From positions 627,606,958 to 627,670,957 of the forward strand of contig NC_133617.1 in assembly GCF_048593235.1 (NCBI RefSeq): a stretch of 64,000 nucleotides of DNA. Direction: 5' to 3'. Within the stretch, counting starts at the first letter, position 1, and each line of letters starts with the position of its first letter. Made by a program: the position numbers and the translations under genes. The DNA comes from Sminthopsis crassicaudata. Lineage: Eukaryota. Of the stretch, positions 42,046-54,076 are shown one piece after another. The notes beneath the pieces were generated by a model. The model did not search any database. It saw only the letters and a program-made list of their open reading frames with translations, and was not told where the DNA came from.

Positions 42046-42159
42046 CCATGCCAGTCACACTCACTTCAAATATGAGCTGAGGCTCATAACCCTCCAGACT
42101 AATTTTCCACCTTGCCTTGTTCAGGGACTTTCCCCTTTATAGACATACACCCTGGGTTT

Positions 42160-42860
42160 TCAGCTCTCTCTCTGTCTCTGTTTCTCTCTTGTCTCTGGTT
42201 CTCTGTCTCTCTCTTTTTATGTCTCTGTCTCTCTCTGTGTCTTTGTTTCTCTGTCTTTCTCTATCTCTTTCTCTCTGTCTTTTTGTGTGTGTGTGTCTCT
42301 CTCTTCNNNNNNNNNNNNNNNNNNNNNNNNNNNNNNNNNNNNNNNNNNNNNNNNNNNNNNNNNNNNNNNNNNNNNNNNNNNNNNNNNNNNNNNNNNNNNN
42401 NNNNNNNNNNNNNNNNNNNNNNNNNNNNNNNNNNNNNNNNNNNNNNNNNNNNNNNNNNNNNNNNNNNNNNNNNNNNNNNNNNNNNNNNNNNNNNNNNNNN
42501 NNNNNNNNNNNNNNNNNNNNNNNNNNNNNNNNNNNNNNNNNNNNNNNNNNNNNNNNNNNNNNNNNNNNNNNNNNNNNNNNNNNNNNNNNNNNNNNNNNNN
42601 NNNNNNNNNNNNNNNNNNNNNNNNNNNNNNNNNNNNNNNNNNNNNNNNNNNNNNNNNNNNNNNNNNNNNNNNNNNNNNNNNNCTCTGTCTTTCCTTGCCC
42701 CTTTCCCTCCCTCCCTCCCTTCTTTCATCTCTCTCTCTGTCTCTCCCCTTCCTTCCCTCTCTCCTTCCCTCCCTCCATCTCTCTGTCTCTCACTCTGTCT
42801 CTTTGTCTCTGTCTGTCTCTGTGTATTTATTTCTCTATCTCTCTCTCTCCTTCTACATCT
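42160..42860. repeat. (CT)/(CTGT)-rich low-complexity tract spanning an assembly gap (N 42307-42682)
   Basis: Pyrimidine-rich simple repeat on both sides of the N run. Confidence 0.9.
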
Positions 42861-44486
42861 CTCTTCTATCAAAATAGAAGCTAAACATCTCAGTGTATAG
42901 ACTTTGGGTCAGGTCAGAAAGACCTGAATTCAGATCTGGCCACAGACATTTATTAGCTATGAGACTTTGGACAACTCACAACCTCTCTTTACTTCAGTTT
43001 CCTCAACTGTAAAATGGGGGTAAGATCAGGACAGGGTTGTTGTGAGGATCAAATGAGATAAAATTAATAAGGAGGTATATGAATTCTTTCCTTCTCTTTC
43101 CCTCAACCCAAAATGGTGGCCTTGGCAATGTTTGGCATTTAAACTAGGATACCATATAAAAGTCACTCAAAAATATTAAAAAATAGGATGACTTTAGAAT
43201 CCCCATCTCATACCTAGAATTGCCTTTCTCATTCAAGCACCCCCACTTTCACAGGACATAGGCACTTAACATAGAGCTACATAGTATATTAGTTATAATA
43301 ATGAGCAATACTTGTCCTGGGTCCTGAAACTGGATATCTGTTCTGCTGCCTTCTTTGTCCATTTTCTTAGATCTCTGAGATCATGCTCTCATTTTGCCTG
43401 ACTTATGGACTAACTACTGTGCTACTTCTTTAAAGCCAAATAATACCTTGGGGTAACTAGGTGGCCACAGTGGATAGAGAATGGGCCCTGGAGTACAGAG
43501 ATTGGAATTTCAATACTACCCAATCTTTTACTAGCTGTGTACAAATTCTGTGTAATCATGGACATATCACTTTATCCTGATTGTCTGTAAATAAATTAAT
43601 TAATGAAAATCTACCTTTATTGTAAGACTCTAGATTTACAGCTTAAAAGGACTTTAAAGGTCATTGAATCTAATCCCTTCATTTTATAGATGAAAGGCTA
43701 GAGGAGACACAAGCTAACAAGTATCAAGGTGGGATTCAGATTTCTCATTCCATCCACCCTAACACCTCATTTCTTTTTGAAGGCTTCTAATGTCTCTCAC
43801 AGCTTTATCATAAAGCACAATGATTGTCTCTTTAAATACTTGTCTCAGAATGGAGTATTATAATAACTTCTGTTACATTAACTATACCGTTCAATTCTTT
43901 TGCTGGCCAGGAAATTATAGGGCGAGAAGCAAGGCTGTTTCAAGCAGGATGATACCAGTGATTCAACAAATATAGGGGTTATTAAACTGTACATAAGAAT
44001 CCCCATGGTACCATAGTAACTTAAAAAACCACAAGTGTTTATACATTTTTTATTAATACATTAACACACTAAAATCATGTAAGAAATACATTTTAATCTA
44101 GGAGAGTTGTGGGTCTAGTGTGGCCCATGGACTATTTGTCCATCCATTTCTGGATTATACTATGTGAAAGACAAAAGCACATTCCAAAGACCACAGAGTT
44201 TTTCAATCCCGGGATGTTCATTCATTATATAATACTATTATTATATTATATAATGATAACTGCATTTTTAGAGTGCTTTAAGGTTCTCAAAACAGTTTAC
44301 AAACATTATCTTATTTTATCCTAATAATAATCAAGATAGGTGCTATTATTATACCCATTTTACAGATGAGGAAACTTAGACAGGTTTTATATTACTTGTC
44401 CAGGGTCACAAAGCTAGTAAATGTCTGAATCTGGATTCAATTTTTCCTCAATCTAAGTCTACTGATCTGTTCTGGAGACCACCTAG

Positions 44487-44660
44487 CTGTTCTCTGCCCT
44501 CTCTATTCTTTGGTTCTGATACTGCATCTGTTCTCTGCCCTCTCTGTTCCTTGGTTCTCATACTGAATCTGTTCTCTGCCCTCTCTGTTCTTCTTGATAC
44601 TGCATCTGTTCTGACCTCTCTATTCTTTGGTCCTGATATATTACATCTGTTCTCTTTCTT
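44487..44660. repeat. Minisatellite, about 41-bp unit, about 4.3 diverged copies
   Basis: Unit approximately ATCTGTTCTCTGCCCTCTCTGTTCTTTGGTTCTGATACTGC, repeated head to tail. Confidence 0.8.
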
Positions 44661-45536
44661 GTTTACCTGTTTTTTAGTTCATGGAGCTCTCCTAAATACT
44701 GACATTTTGCCTGACTTATTGGTTACCTAGTGTGCTATTCCTATAAAGCCCAAAAATCACCAGCAACATTTATTGAACACTTGCTGTATATAGGACAGTC
44801 TTCTGGGCATTGAGGAAATAAAAAATTGAAAGCCTACCTTAGAGCACAGAGAACCACAGTGAGGGGACTAGACTGAATATATTAAAAAAAGAAGATAGAA
44901 GACTGTCCATTCCAGGAGGAATGAAGGGAGAATAAATACTACAAGATTCTAGGGGAGGGAGAGAGATAGTCAAAGAAGGTTTTTGGAAGGGAATGGAACC
45001 ATTAGCTTGGGGAACTAAGTAGGGCATGGGTGAATGGGGAGAAAGCCATTTCATCAGAGAGTCAATGTTTGATAAGTACAGATGCTCAATCTAGAAAGGT
45101 GTTGGTTTTCAAAAGTAAATAGGTAAGGTTGAGATAAGGATGGAGAGCCCTGCAATCAGAGACCTTGATTGTAGACCTCTTGTTTATTGACTTTCTGAAC
45201 AAAGATTACTGGCCCAGCCTCCTTAGCTGGCCTAGAAGAAGCTTTGAGGGTAGACCTCTAGTTTGTTGACTCTCTGAACACCGATAGCCTGCCCATCTTA
45301 CTTGGATTTCCAACTTTTATTTCCTGATTGATTTTTGTTTACTTACTTGGTTTCTGCCTCCACTGTTGCCAAGAAACAGAAACACTCCCTCCAGAAATTT
45401 TCTACACATTCCCCAGGAGCAGAAATTTACCCAATTTCCTTCATCTACAGAGACATACAGCCAAGCATGTTGAAGCTTCCTTCATCTTCATCTGGTCACG
45501 TCCTTTAACTCCCACTTGACTACCAAGGCTTTACTT

Positions 45537-45700
45537 GTACGGCCTGTTCCCAGTTTAGGAATGTTGTGTTCCAAAAGTTCACTTGTGGGTCAGCTGGCAA
45601 TTTTGTATTTTTTTCACAGAAACAATGTGATTATCTTCCCAGACCAATTCCCAAATGCCGGTTAACCCATAAAACAGTCAATTTTCTATTCCAATATCAT
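45537..45700. mobile_element. Possible Tigger-type DNA transposon terminus
   Basis: TA followed by CGGCCTGTTCCCAGTTTAGGAATGTTGTGTTCCAAAAGTTC resembles Tigger terminal inverted repeats, judged from memory only. Confidence 0.4.
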
Positions 45701-47139
45701 TCTCTGTCCTAAATGCTATGCCAGTGGAATATTAATTCTGGCAGAATTATTAATTCAACAAATATTTATTGAGCCCTTTCTATGTTCAGGACTTCATCAT
45801 TAGATTGTCCTCCAGGTTGAATTTTTCAACTGCAGAAACTTTCTAAAGTCTTTTACCCTAAGATTTGTGAAGGAAGCCCCCACACCAATGAAATCATAGA
45901 CTCTCAAGATATTGAAAATGATGCAGAGCACTAGGGGATATACAAAACTTGGATAAGACACAATTCCTGCATTTGTGGAGCCTATCTAGTTCAAGAAGGG
46001 GTTAAGACAGCCACAGAAATAATTATAGTACACAATATTATGTGATAAACATAATAGAGAGTTGCAAAACAAAAAGCTATATATGGCCCAGAGGGAAATT
46101 TGTTAGCAACCCAAGGGATCAGGGAAGGCTTCATGGCAAAGATAACATTCAAATTGTGCTTTAAGAAAAGGAAGAAATTCAAAAAGGAAGAAGACCTTCC
46201 AGGGAGAAAAATGAAGGACAGAGAACATCCTTGTAATCCAGTTGAGAGAGAGCACAGAGGGACATGGGAGAATAATAGGAGATAAAGCTGGAAAGATAGA
46301 ATAGAACCAGATTATGGAGCACTTTAAGGGTCTAGCAAAGAAGTTTTAATTTTGTTCAGTAAAAGTGGGGAGCCAAAGAAGACTTCAAAATGAAGGAATG
46401 AAATGATCAGGTATGCATAAAAAAAGGTTAGTATGACAACAGCATGAAGAGCCTTTTGGAAATGAAGTAGAGAGTAGAGCTGTGAGGACCTTGAGGAGGT
46501 TTTGGCAGTAGTCCTCTAAGGACCTCTAAGGCTTAATGGCAGGGGGAAAAGAGAGCCATGGACAGATAAAATTCAATTAGCTTCAACCCACACTTACTAA
46601 ACACCTCCAATTTGCAAGGCTTTGTTCAAGGCATTGAAGAAACAAAGATAAAAATCAAATTACCTGCCCTCAAAGAGCTTTCTTTGTACTGTATATAATT
46701 GAATAGAAAGGAAGGACAGGGATGGAAATACAAAATAATCTAGGAAAATTTGAGTGAACTTGGACATTTTAGACCTCAGTTTTCTCATCTGTAAAAATTC
46801 TTTCTATTTTTAAATCAATGACCCTGTGAGCCTATGACCTAAGAAACTTAGGGAAGGATTTCCAGAGGAAGGAGGCAAGGAAATAAACATTTATGAAGTA
46901 TTTACTATGTATAGTTACTTTACTAATATTATTTCATTTAATCTTCAGAATAACTCTGGAAGGTAGAGATAGGTGATATTATCATTCTTATTTTACCTTT
47001 GAGGAAATTAAGGCAGATAGATTTAAATGACTTGTCCAAGATCACACAACTACTAGGTATCTAAGGGGGGATTTGAACACAGATCTTCCTCATTTAAGCC
47101 CCCATTTCTTCCATTCCTTCACAGGGAGATAACAACTAA

Positions 47140-47545
47140 GTTGAATCTTTAACAAAAAATTAATAACTTATAATCTTCAAAATACATGGAAAGATAGTTT
47201 TTCAACATTCACTCTTGCAAAACCTTGTGTTCCATATTTTTCTCCTTCCTTTCCCCCCGCCCCCTTCCCCTAGACAGCAAGTAATCCAATTCAACATAGG
47301 TTAAACATGTGCAGTTCTTCTAAACATATTTCCACATTTGTCATGCTGCATAAGAAAAATCAGGTAAAAAAGGGAAAAAATAGAAAGAAAAAAACCCAAG
47401 CAAACAAAAACAATAAAAAAGTGAAAATACTATGTTGTGATCCACATTCATTCCCCATATCTTTGGGTGCTAATGACTTTCTCTCAAGTCTATTGGAATT
47501 GGCCTGAATCACTTCATTGTTGAAAAGAGCCAAGTCCATCAGTTC
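47140..47545 (-). mobile_element. L1 3' UTR remnant
   Basis: Reverse complement of the tail seen at 5745-6215 and 22185-22625. Confidence 0.7.
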
Positions 47546-50500
47546 AGTTGAATCAAGGATTCTGAAATGGGAAAGTTAGGACTCAATACCTTCCAGGTAT
47601 GGGAAATTATTTCTATGTATTATATATGCAAGAGATAAAGTACAACTCAGGAAAACACTGAATATCAAGTTTAGTGGAATACTTAGGAGTCCAATTTGGC
47701 CAGAACATATGAGATGTGAAGGGAAATAATATCATCTGATTTTTTCTACATATTTAATATGATTTGTTGCTGTTATTTTTGTCTTTAGCAACATGTTTAT
47801 AGTCAGCATGCATATTTTCTTAGTTTTTTTTTTCACTCTGACTCACCTTATATTTCTTGTGACACAAAAGAATTTCATCATACCCAGATTTATTCATTCA
47901 CTTCCTTATTTTGGTATAACTAGTTTGTTTCCAGATTTTTGCCCATACAAATAGTGCTGCTAGGAATATTTTTGTTGATTTAACTCAAGGCTTCAGATCG
48001 AAGCTCTGAGTCCACCTGGACCAGATTCAATTTTAGGAATTTTATCTCTTGTTATGTTCCTGGGAACATCCAAGTTTGGCTTGTCTCTTTTTCTTGGCCC
48101 TGCTCCCTGCACTGAAACCAGCAAAACATTAAACAAAGCACAGTTTTATTGGGGACAATGAAAATATTTGAGATCCCTAAAGCACTCTTAAAGTATGTTA
48201 TTATTGCTTAACACATTCAACTAAGCTATTATTATTAATTTCATTCTCCAGATACTTAAAATCTGTATTTAGAAAGGTAATATGATTTGTCCAAAGTCAG
48301 AGTGAATTAGTGACAAATTAGCCCAGTGCTCTTTGTTTTATATCACAATACTCACCTCTTTTCCCCCAATAAATCTGAAGTCAATGGTCATAGTTGCCTT
48401 TTTTGTTTGTTTGTTTTTAGAAAACTTTAAGGTTTACAAAGTTTGCTTTCATTATCTTTTTTGAATGTCACAGAAAACTCTAGAAAGTTGATCTTATAGA
48501 TATTATCCCCATTTTTACAAATGAAAGCACTAAAGAGATTAAGTGACTTCTTCGAAGAAAGTGGTCTGTCCACTACCTAATATTGTCTCTGCAAAGGTGG
48601 AGGGGGGAAGGCTCCCATCAAGGATCAAGGTTCAGGGGATTTTTGCAAGGGCCTAGAAATCAATGAAGAATGCTCACTCCCATCAAAGACAAAGGACTCC
48701 TCCTCCAACATCCCCAGTCCCTCTGCAGTAGGTGATAAGCAAGCAGGTGGTGAAGAGGTTATAGCTAGAAACATCAGAGTTCAAATCTGAAGCCTCAGAC
48801 ATTTATTAGTTGTGGGACTTGTCTTCCTCTTCCTCTGTTTCCTGAATTGTAAAATGAGGATAATAATAACCTCCTGGAGTGATTGTAAAGAGATAAGATT
48901 TGTAAACTGCCTGGCCCATTATAGGCCTTTAATAAATGCTTATTCCCTCCCTCCCTCTAGAGTCAAAACTTCATTTCCCTATAACCTTATCATCAATCCT
49001 AGCCCTATCACCCACCAAATATTTATATAAGATATAGTTCCAGATTTCTAGGATCTCAGATTTAATTGGGAAGATGTGACTCCCATAAATAAAATAACAG
49101 CAAAGAAAATATTAGAGTAGGTGTAGTACAAAGACTATAGGGGATTCAGAGGTGGGGAGAAGTGATGGCAGTAGGGTAGCCATCAAAGCACATAGAAGAT
49201 TTCTGGTTTCAAAGTTTCTTGCTATGTAATTTTGGACAACTCTCTGGTTTTCAATTTCTTCATCTGTGAATTTAGAGAGTTAAGCCCAGAAAAGCCTTGA
49301 ACTCCCTTATAGTGTCTGTGTCTATGTTCCTATGACAGAGAAGGAAGCTGCTAAGGCCTCTTTGGAACACTGTATCATCATTTAAGATGAGAAAGCAGTG
49401 TTTTCTGACCTTTTGGGTAAAGATGAACGAATCCAATGGGCTTTTTGACTGTTGAGTCCTTTGTGTCTTAGATCTTTCCTGCTATAGGTGACATAAAATC
49501 TTTTACATAACTGATATTCATATTATATGTTGAGTACTTTTGTGGGAAAGATTCCTGTAACCTCTATATGGGGAAAGTGAAATATGACCCATAACTACAG
49601 GAACTTAGTAATTAGTAGATGTTTAATTACCAGCTCTCCTGGGAAAAAAATGCAAGAAACACTTTGAAGTTTATCTGAATCATTAGTATTTTCTCCACCA
49701 TCTTCTTAAGCCTAAGGATATAAGTAAATCCTTAAACTTATAGTTTTTGTTAATTACCATAGTATAAATGGTTGCACTCAAAATCTGAGAGCTTGGCGTA
49801 TTGTTCACAATCTGTGTAAATCAGTTAAATCAAAAAGCTTTTTTCTTTTTTTTCTGAGCTCCTACTTTGTACAGGGTCCTATATGAGATTATGCAGATTC
49901 AGGTGAAAGGGAAACCAGATCTTATTTAATGAAGTAATTGGGGAAGACCAAAGTATTTTGTGCCTTTGTTTCAACTCTGTACTTATAAATCTACATTTTC
50001 AACCTTGATCTTTGTTCCAGAGCCCAGTTATAAACCTCCATTTATTTGCTGGCCATATCTACCTTTGATACTGACTCCTCATATTCAATAGGAACAAAAA
50101 TAATCTTTTTTTTTTCCATCTGAATACTTCCTTCTGACTTCTTTATCAATGATAATACTATTAACCTATTCTTGAAACCTTGGATTCATATTTGGTTCTT
50201 CCCTCTCTTTTAGATTTTTAAAGATTTCTTTCTTCATATCTAGTCAGGCACCAAGTACTAATACTACTATCTATGTCAAGAAAACTCCCAAATGGAGTCA
50301 TGAAGAGTTGGATGTGACTGAATAAATGATTGAACAAATAACAGCAACTCAACTAGCAGATATCTGAGGATAGATTTGAATTTAGGTCTCCCTGAATCCA
50401 AGTCCAGAGCTCTATCTACTGTGCCATTTAGCTGTTTTACTCTACTTTTAATGTCTGTTGTATTTATGTCCTTCCTTCCATTTTGTTGGCTAATATCCTG

Positions 50501-52634
50501 GTCAATATCATTATTGTAATAGCCTCCTTAAAGATGTTTCTGTCTCTCTCTTTTCCAGTTCATTCTTAATATGCCCAAGTCATCTTCCTAATGCAGAGTT
50601 GTCATGTCAACCTTGACTGGTTCCCCACAGCGCACAGGGTATTAGAGTTCTTCAATATCTGACTCCAAACTACCTTTCCAGCCATATTTCCAACTGTTTT
50701 TTCCCCCAAACCCTCAGGTGTCACATTCGTCTATTTACCTGTCCTCAAAAACATTTTGTACTTTCCCACTCGTTTTTGCTCATGTTGTTCCTGGTTCTGT
50801 CCAGAAAGGACATTGCTTCTCTTTTTCCATCTTTAGCTGTTGAAAGATTCTCTCCACTCAGGTCCAATTCAAGTGTCAATTCCCCACAACTGAAAGTGAT
50901 CCTTTCCTTTGAAGTCTCTCATAGTATTTTATTTGGGCTTTGTCTTTTCTCTCATCAAATTAATCATATTCTACTTTTTATTCTAAATTGTATTTTGAGA
51001 CAGCCCCTAAAATTACTTAAATCTTTAAGTACCAGACAAGAATGAGAAATTCAGGGGGAAAGAGTTGAATTGCCTGGAACAGTCTTGTAAAAGGACAACA
51101 TAGGACTTTTAAAACAAAGAGAAGCCTCTGCTTTATAGGAAGCATTCTGGAAACAGTGAGAGATTAAAGGATCATAAATCTAAAGCTGGAAGGATCTTCA
51201 GAGGTCATCCCTTTTCCTCACTTTACAGATAATAAATCTGAGATCCTGGGAGATTGTGACTTGCTCAAGTCTACACAAATAATAAGAGTCAGAGTGTAAT
51301 TTAAATCCAGGTCCTCTGCCTCCAAAACCAATGATCATTGTATCACAGCATACAAGGTGAACCTACCATGTGATTCCAAGGAAGGTCATTCTGTCCATGG
51401 ATCAAAATTGGCAGCTTTCAGATTATGGTGAGGTCACAGTCACATGCAGCTTAGCCAGAGCAAGAAGGCATGACTGTATGGGGGAGATTCCAAAGGAATA
51501 GCTGCACAGAGGCTGCCTTTGGGAGAAGCCCATGGCAAATCATTTCACTTTCCCAGGCCCGAAGAACAGGAGTGAGATGTTCGTGACAATTCCTCCTCTG
51601 TCTCTCTTTGGCTTTGAAAGAAAAACTGGAAAGAGCTTCTCTTAAAAGGTTACCCTAGTCAAAGACGAAGAGGAAGAAATTGAGATTTCAAATTGCAACT
51701 AGAGTAGGACACTGCTCAGTTGTTAACATTTCCTCTTTTTTATTTTGGATTCTACTCAGTAAAGATACCTTCATCTATGACGGGAGCGTTTGTTCATCTG
51801 GATTATGCAAAGTTGGGACAAAACTCTTAAAATAATTTTGACAAAGAATCGATTTTGTTAAACTTCTGAAATACTCTATAGTGGTTTACATTTTAAACCA
51901 GAGATTGAGCCAAGACAGAAAATGGTTAGGTAATAAGATGCCTGGAATACCTGGGAGTATATGCACCCTGATAACTGACATATAGTTGGGTCTGAGCATG
52001 TATGGAGAGACCCAGAATGATACCTTGAGCTCAGACGGACACCTGGTGGCTGATGCTGAGATTACACTCAGGGTTTCTAGCTAAATCCCATCCCTAAGAG
52101 GGATGGCAGCATTGTGGGCTCACCTGTCTTTCCATTGAAGTAACCCATTTATGTGAAGATAGGCATTTTTGCATAGAGGAAAACATCTGTTCTTAATCCC
52201 TACATTATTGCTTATTTGTGTAATGTTTTTTCTCTATCTTTTTTATGTCACTGATGGCTGAGGCTCATTTCCCCTCCTCCACTCAATCATACCCCAAAAG
52301 ACCTAGGGCTCATGGGGACCCAGGACCATGACCTGATACCAAGAGATTCAGTTTTTCTGTCCACACTCTAGAAGGATAGAAATGACACCTGCAATTTCAT
52401 TTTTATAAGGAATTCCCAGATGAGGAAATACATACCAGTATAGATCAGCACCTTGTCTGCAATGTATAATCCTATATAAACCCAGATCTCACAACTAGCA
52501 TAAATCAGAGACAGAATTTGCACTCAGGTTTTCCTGGCTCCAAGGCCAGAGTTCTACATATTCCTACAAACTGTCTGTTCTAAATAAAGTTTATACATGG
52601 TTCATGTATAGTGTTCCCCACAAAGATACTCAAT

Positions 52635-53450
52635 ATACAACATGGGTATCATATACTGCTGTTGTTTTAGTCAGGTCTGACTCTGTGATCTCATAGACCA
52701 GAGTGCACAAGACTCTTCAGTTCTCCATTATCTGCCAAAATTTGTTCAAAATCACATTCATTACTTCCATAACACCACTGATATATTCATCTCATTCTTT
52801 GCTGTATCTTTTATATTTGATCTTCCAGAAATTAGTCTGAATTAATATCTTTAATTATTGACTGATTCTATCTCCTTGCTATCCAAAGACTCTCAAAAGT
52901 CTTCTTCAGCATCATAATTAGAAAAGTATCATTCCTACTGTCCTCAGCTTTTCTCATAATCTAAATCTCACGGTCATACATTATTACTGCAAAAACCATA
53001 GCTTTTACCAGACATTTGTTGGCAAGGTGACAACTCTGTTTTTAAGTGGGCTGCTCAGATTTGCCAATTTTTCCAAGAATGAAATGTCTTTTAATTTCAA
53101 GTCTGTAGTTTCATCTGCGGTGATTTTTAATTTCAAGAATATAAAATCTGACACTTGCTTCCATTTCTTTTCCCTCTATTTTTCAGGAAGTGATGAGACC
53201 AATCACCAAGATTTAATTTTTTTTTTTTTTTATGTTAAGCTTCTAGCCAGCTTTTATATTCTCTTCTTTCACCTTCAAGAGGCTTCTTAATTTCTTTTTA
53301 CTTTCTGCAATCACAGTGATATCATCTGTATATCTGAAATTGTTGACATTTCTCCTTTAAATCTTAATTTTTATTTTTGATTCATCCAGTCTGGCATTTC
53401 ACACAATGTTATTTGCATATAAGTTAAATAAAGTGACAATATACAGTCTC
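52635..53450 (-). mobile_element. RTE/BovB-clade LINE 3' remnant
   Basis: GCAAAAACCATAGCTTTTACCAGACATTTGTTGGCAAGGTG, CCAAAGACTCTCAAAAGTCTTCTTCAGCA and CATCTGCGGTGATTTT match the reverse strand of the RTE-BovB RT C-terminus and 3' end. Confidence 0.7.
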
Positions 53451-53459
53451 AAGTAAGGT

Positions 53460-54076
53460 CACAAACTATATGCCCGCACCCGGGCTCTCCAGCATCTCCT
53501 TGCTGCTCTTCACCGGGTCAGCGAGGAAGCGCAGACACTTCCTACCTTCGGTCACTCTCTTTGTTCACCCTTCAGACCACACCCTCAATCACTGAAACCC
53601 CCTAAAGGTGGAGCCTTGAAATTGACGATGCCGTCCCTTCAAAAAAACCCTACACTTCCCAGGATCCCTAGCGCCAAATGCCCGTCTAGGACAAGGGCGG
53701 GGAGAGGGAGAGCGGACTGAAATGGCGCGTTGCCCACTGGGAATAGTAGTCCTCTCTGCCGGCGTCCTCCGCACCTGGGCGTGTCTCTTTTCCAAGGACC
53801 GGATTCTCCTCAGTTCTAGTTAAGATCGCTTCTCTATAGGGAAGGGAAAAGAGTGGGGGGGTGGGGGGGGCGCTTTCTGAGACCCTTTAGAATGACGTCA
53901 TCTCATCGAGCCCGAAGCCGTCCGGCCCCTGCCCACCGACGGGCGGAAATGGCTGAGATTGGGAGTTAGCGGTATTGTTGGGGATCAGGGTCTCCAGTTT
54001 CCGCTTCCGGAAGGGGGGAAGGGTGACCACCGGCGGGGTGGGGTGGGGGGTCCCCATTAGAGAAGCTGGAAGCGAG
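53460..54076. promoter_or_regulatory. CpG-island promoter of the PITP gene
   Basis: Palindromic CRE ATGACGTCAT at 53892-53901, YY1-type AAATGGCG at 53720-53727, ACTACTATTCCC (ZNF143/THAP11-like) on - at 53739-53750, GC boxes and ETS cores. The island continues through exon 4. Confidence 0.75.

Noticed and set aside
42112-42900. ORFs of 196-262 aa
   Set aside because: Artefacts of the CT microsatellite plus the N gap.
51760-51929. Plus-strand exon-like segment with acceptor and donor
   Set aside because: Stops in all three frames and no partner exons, so not supportable as coding.
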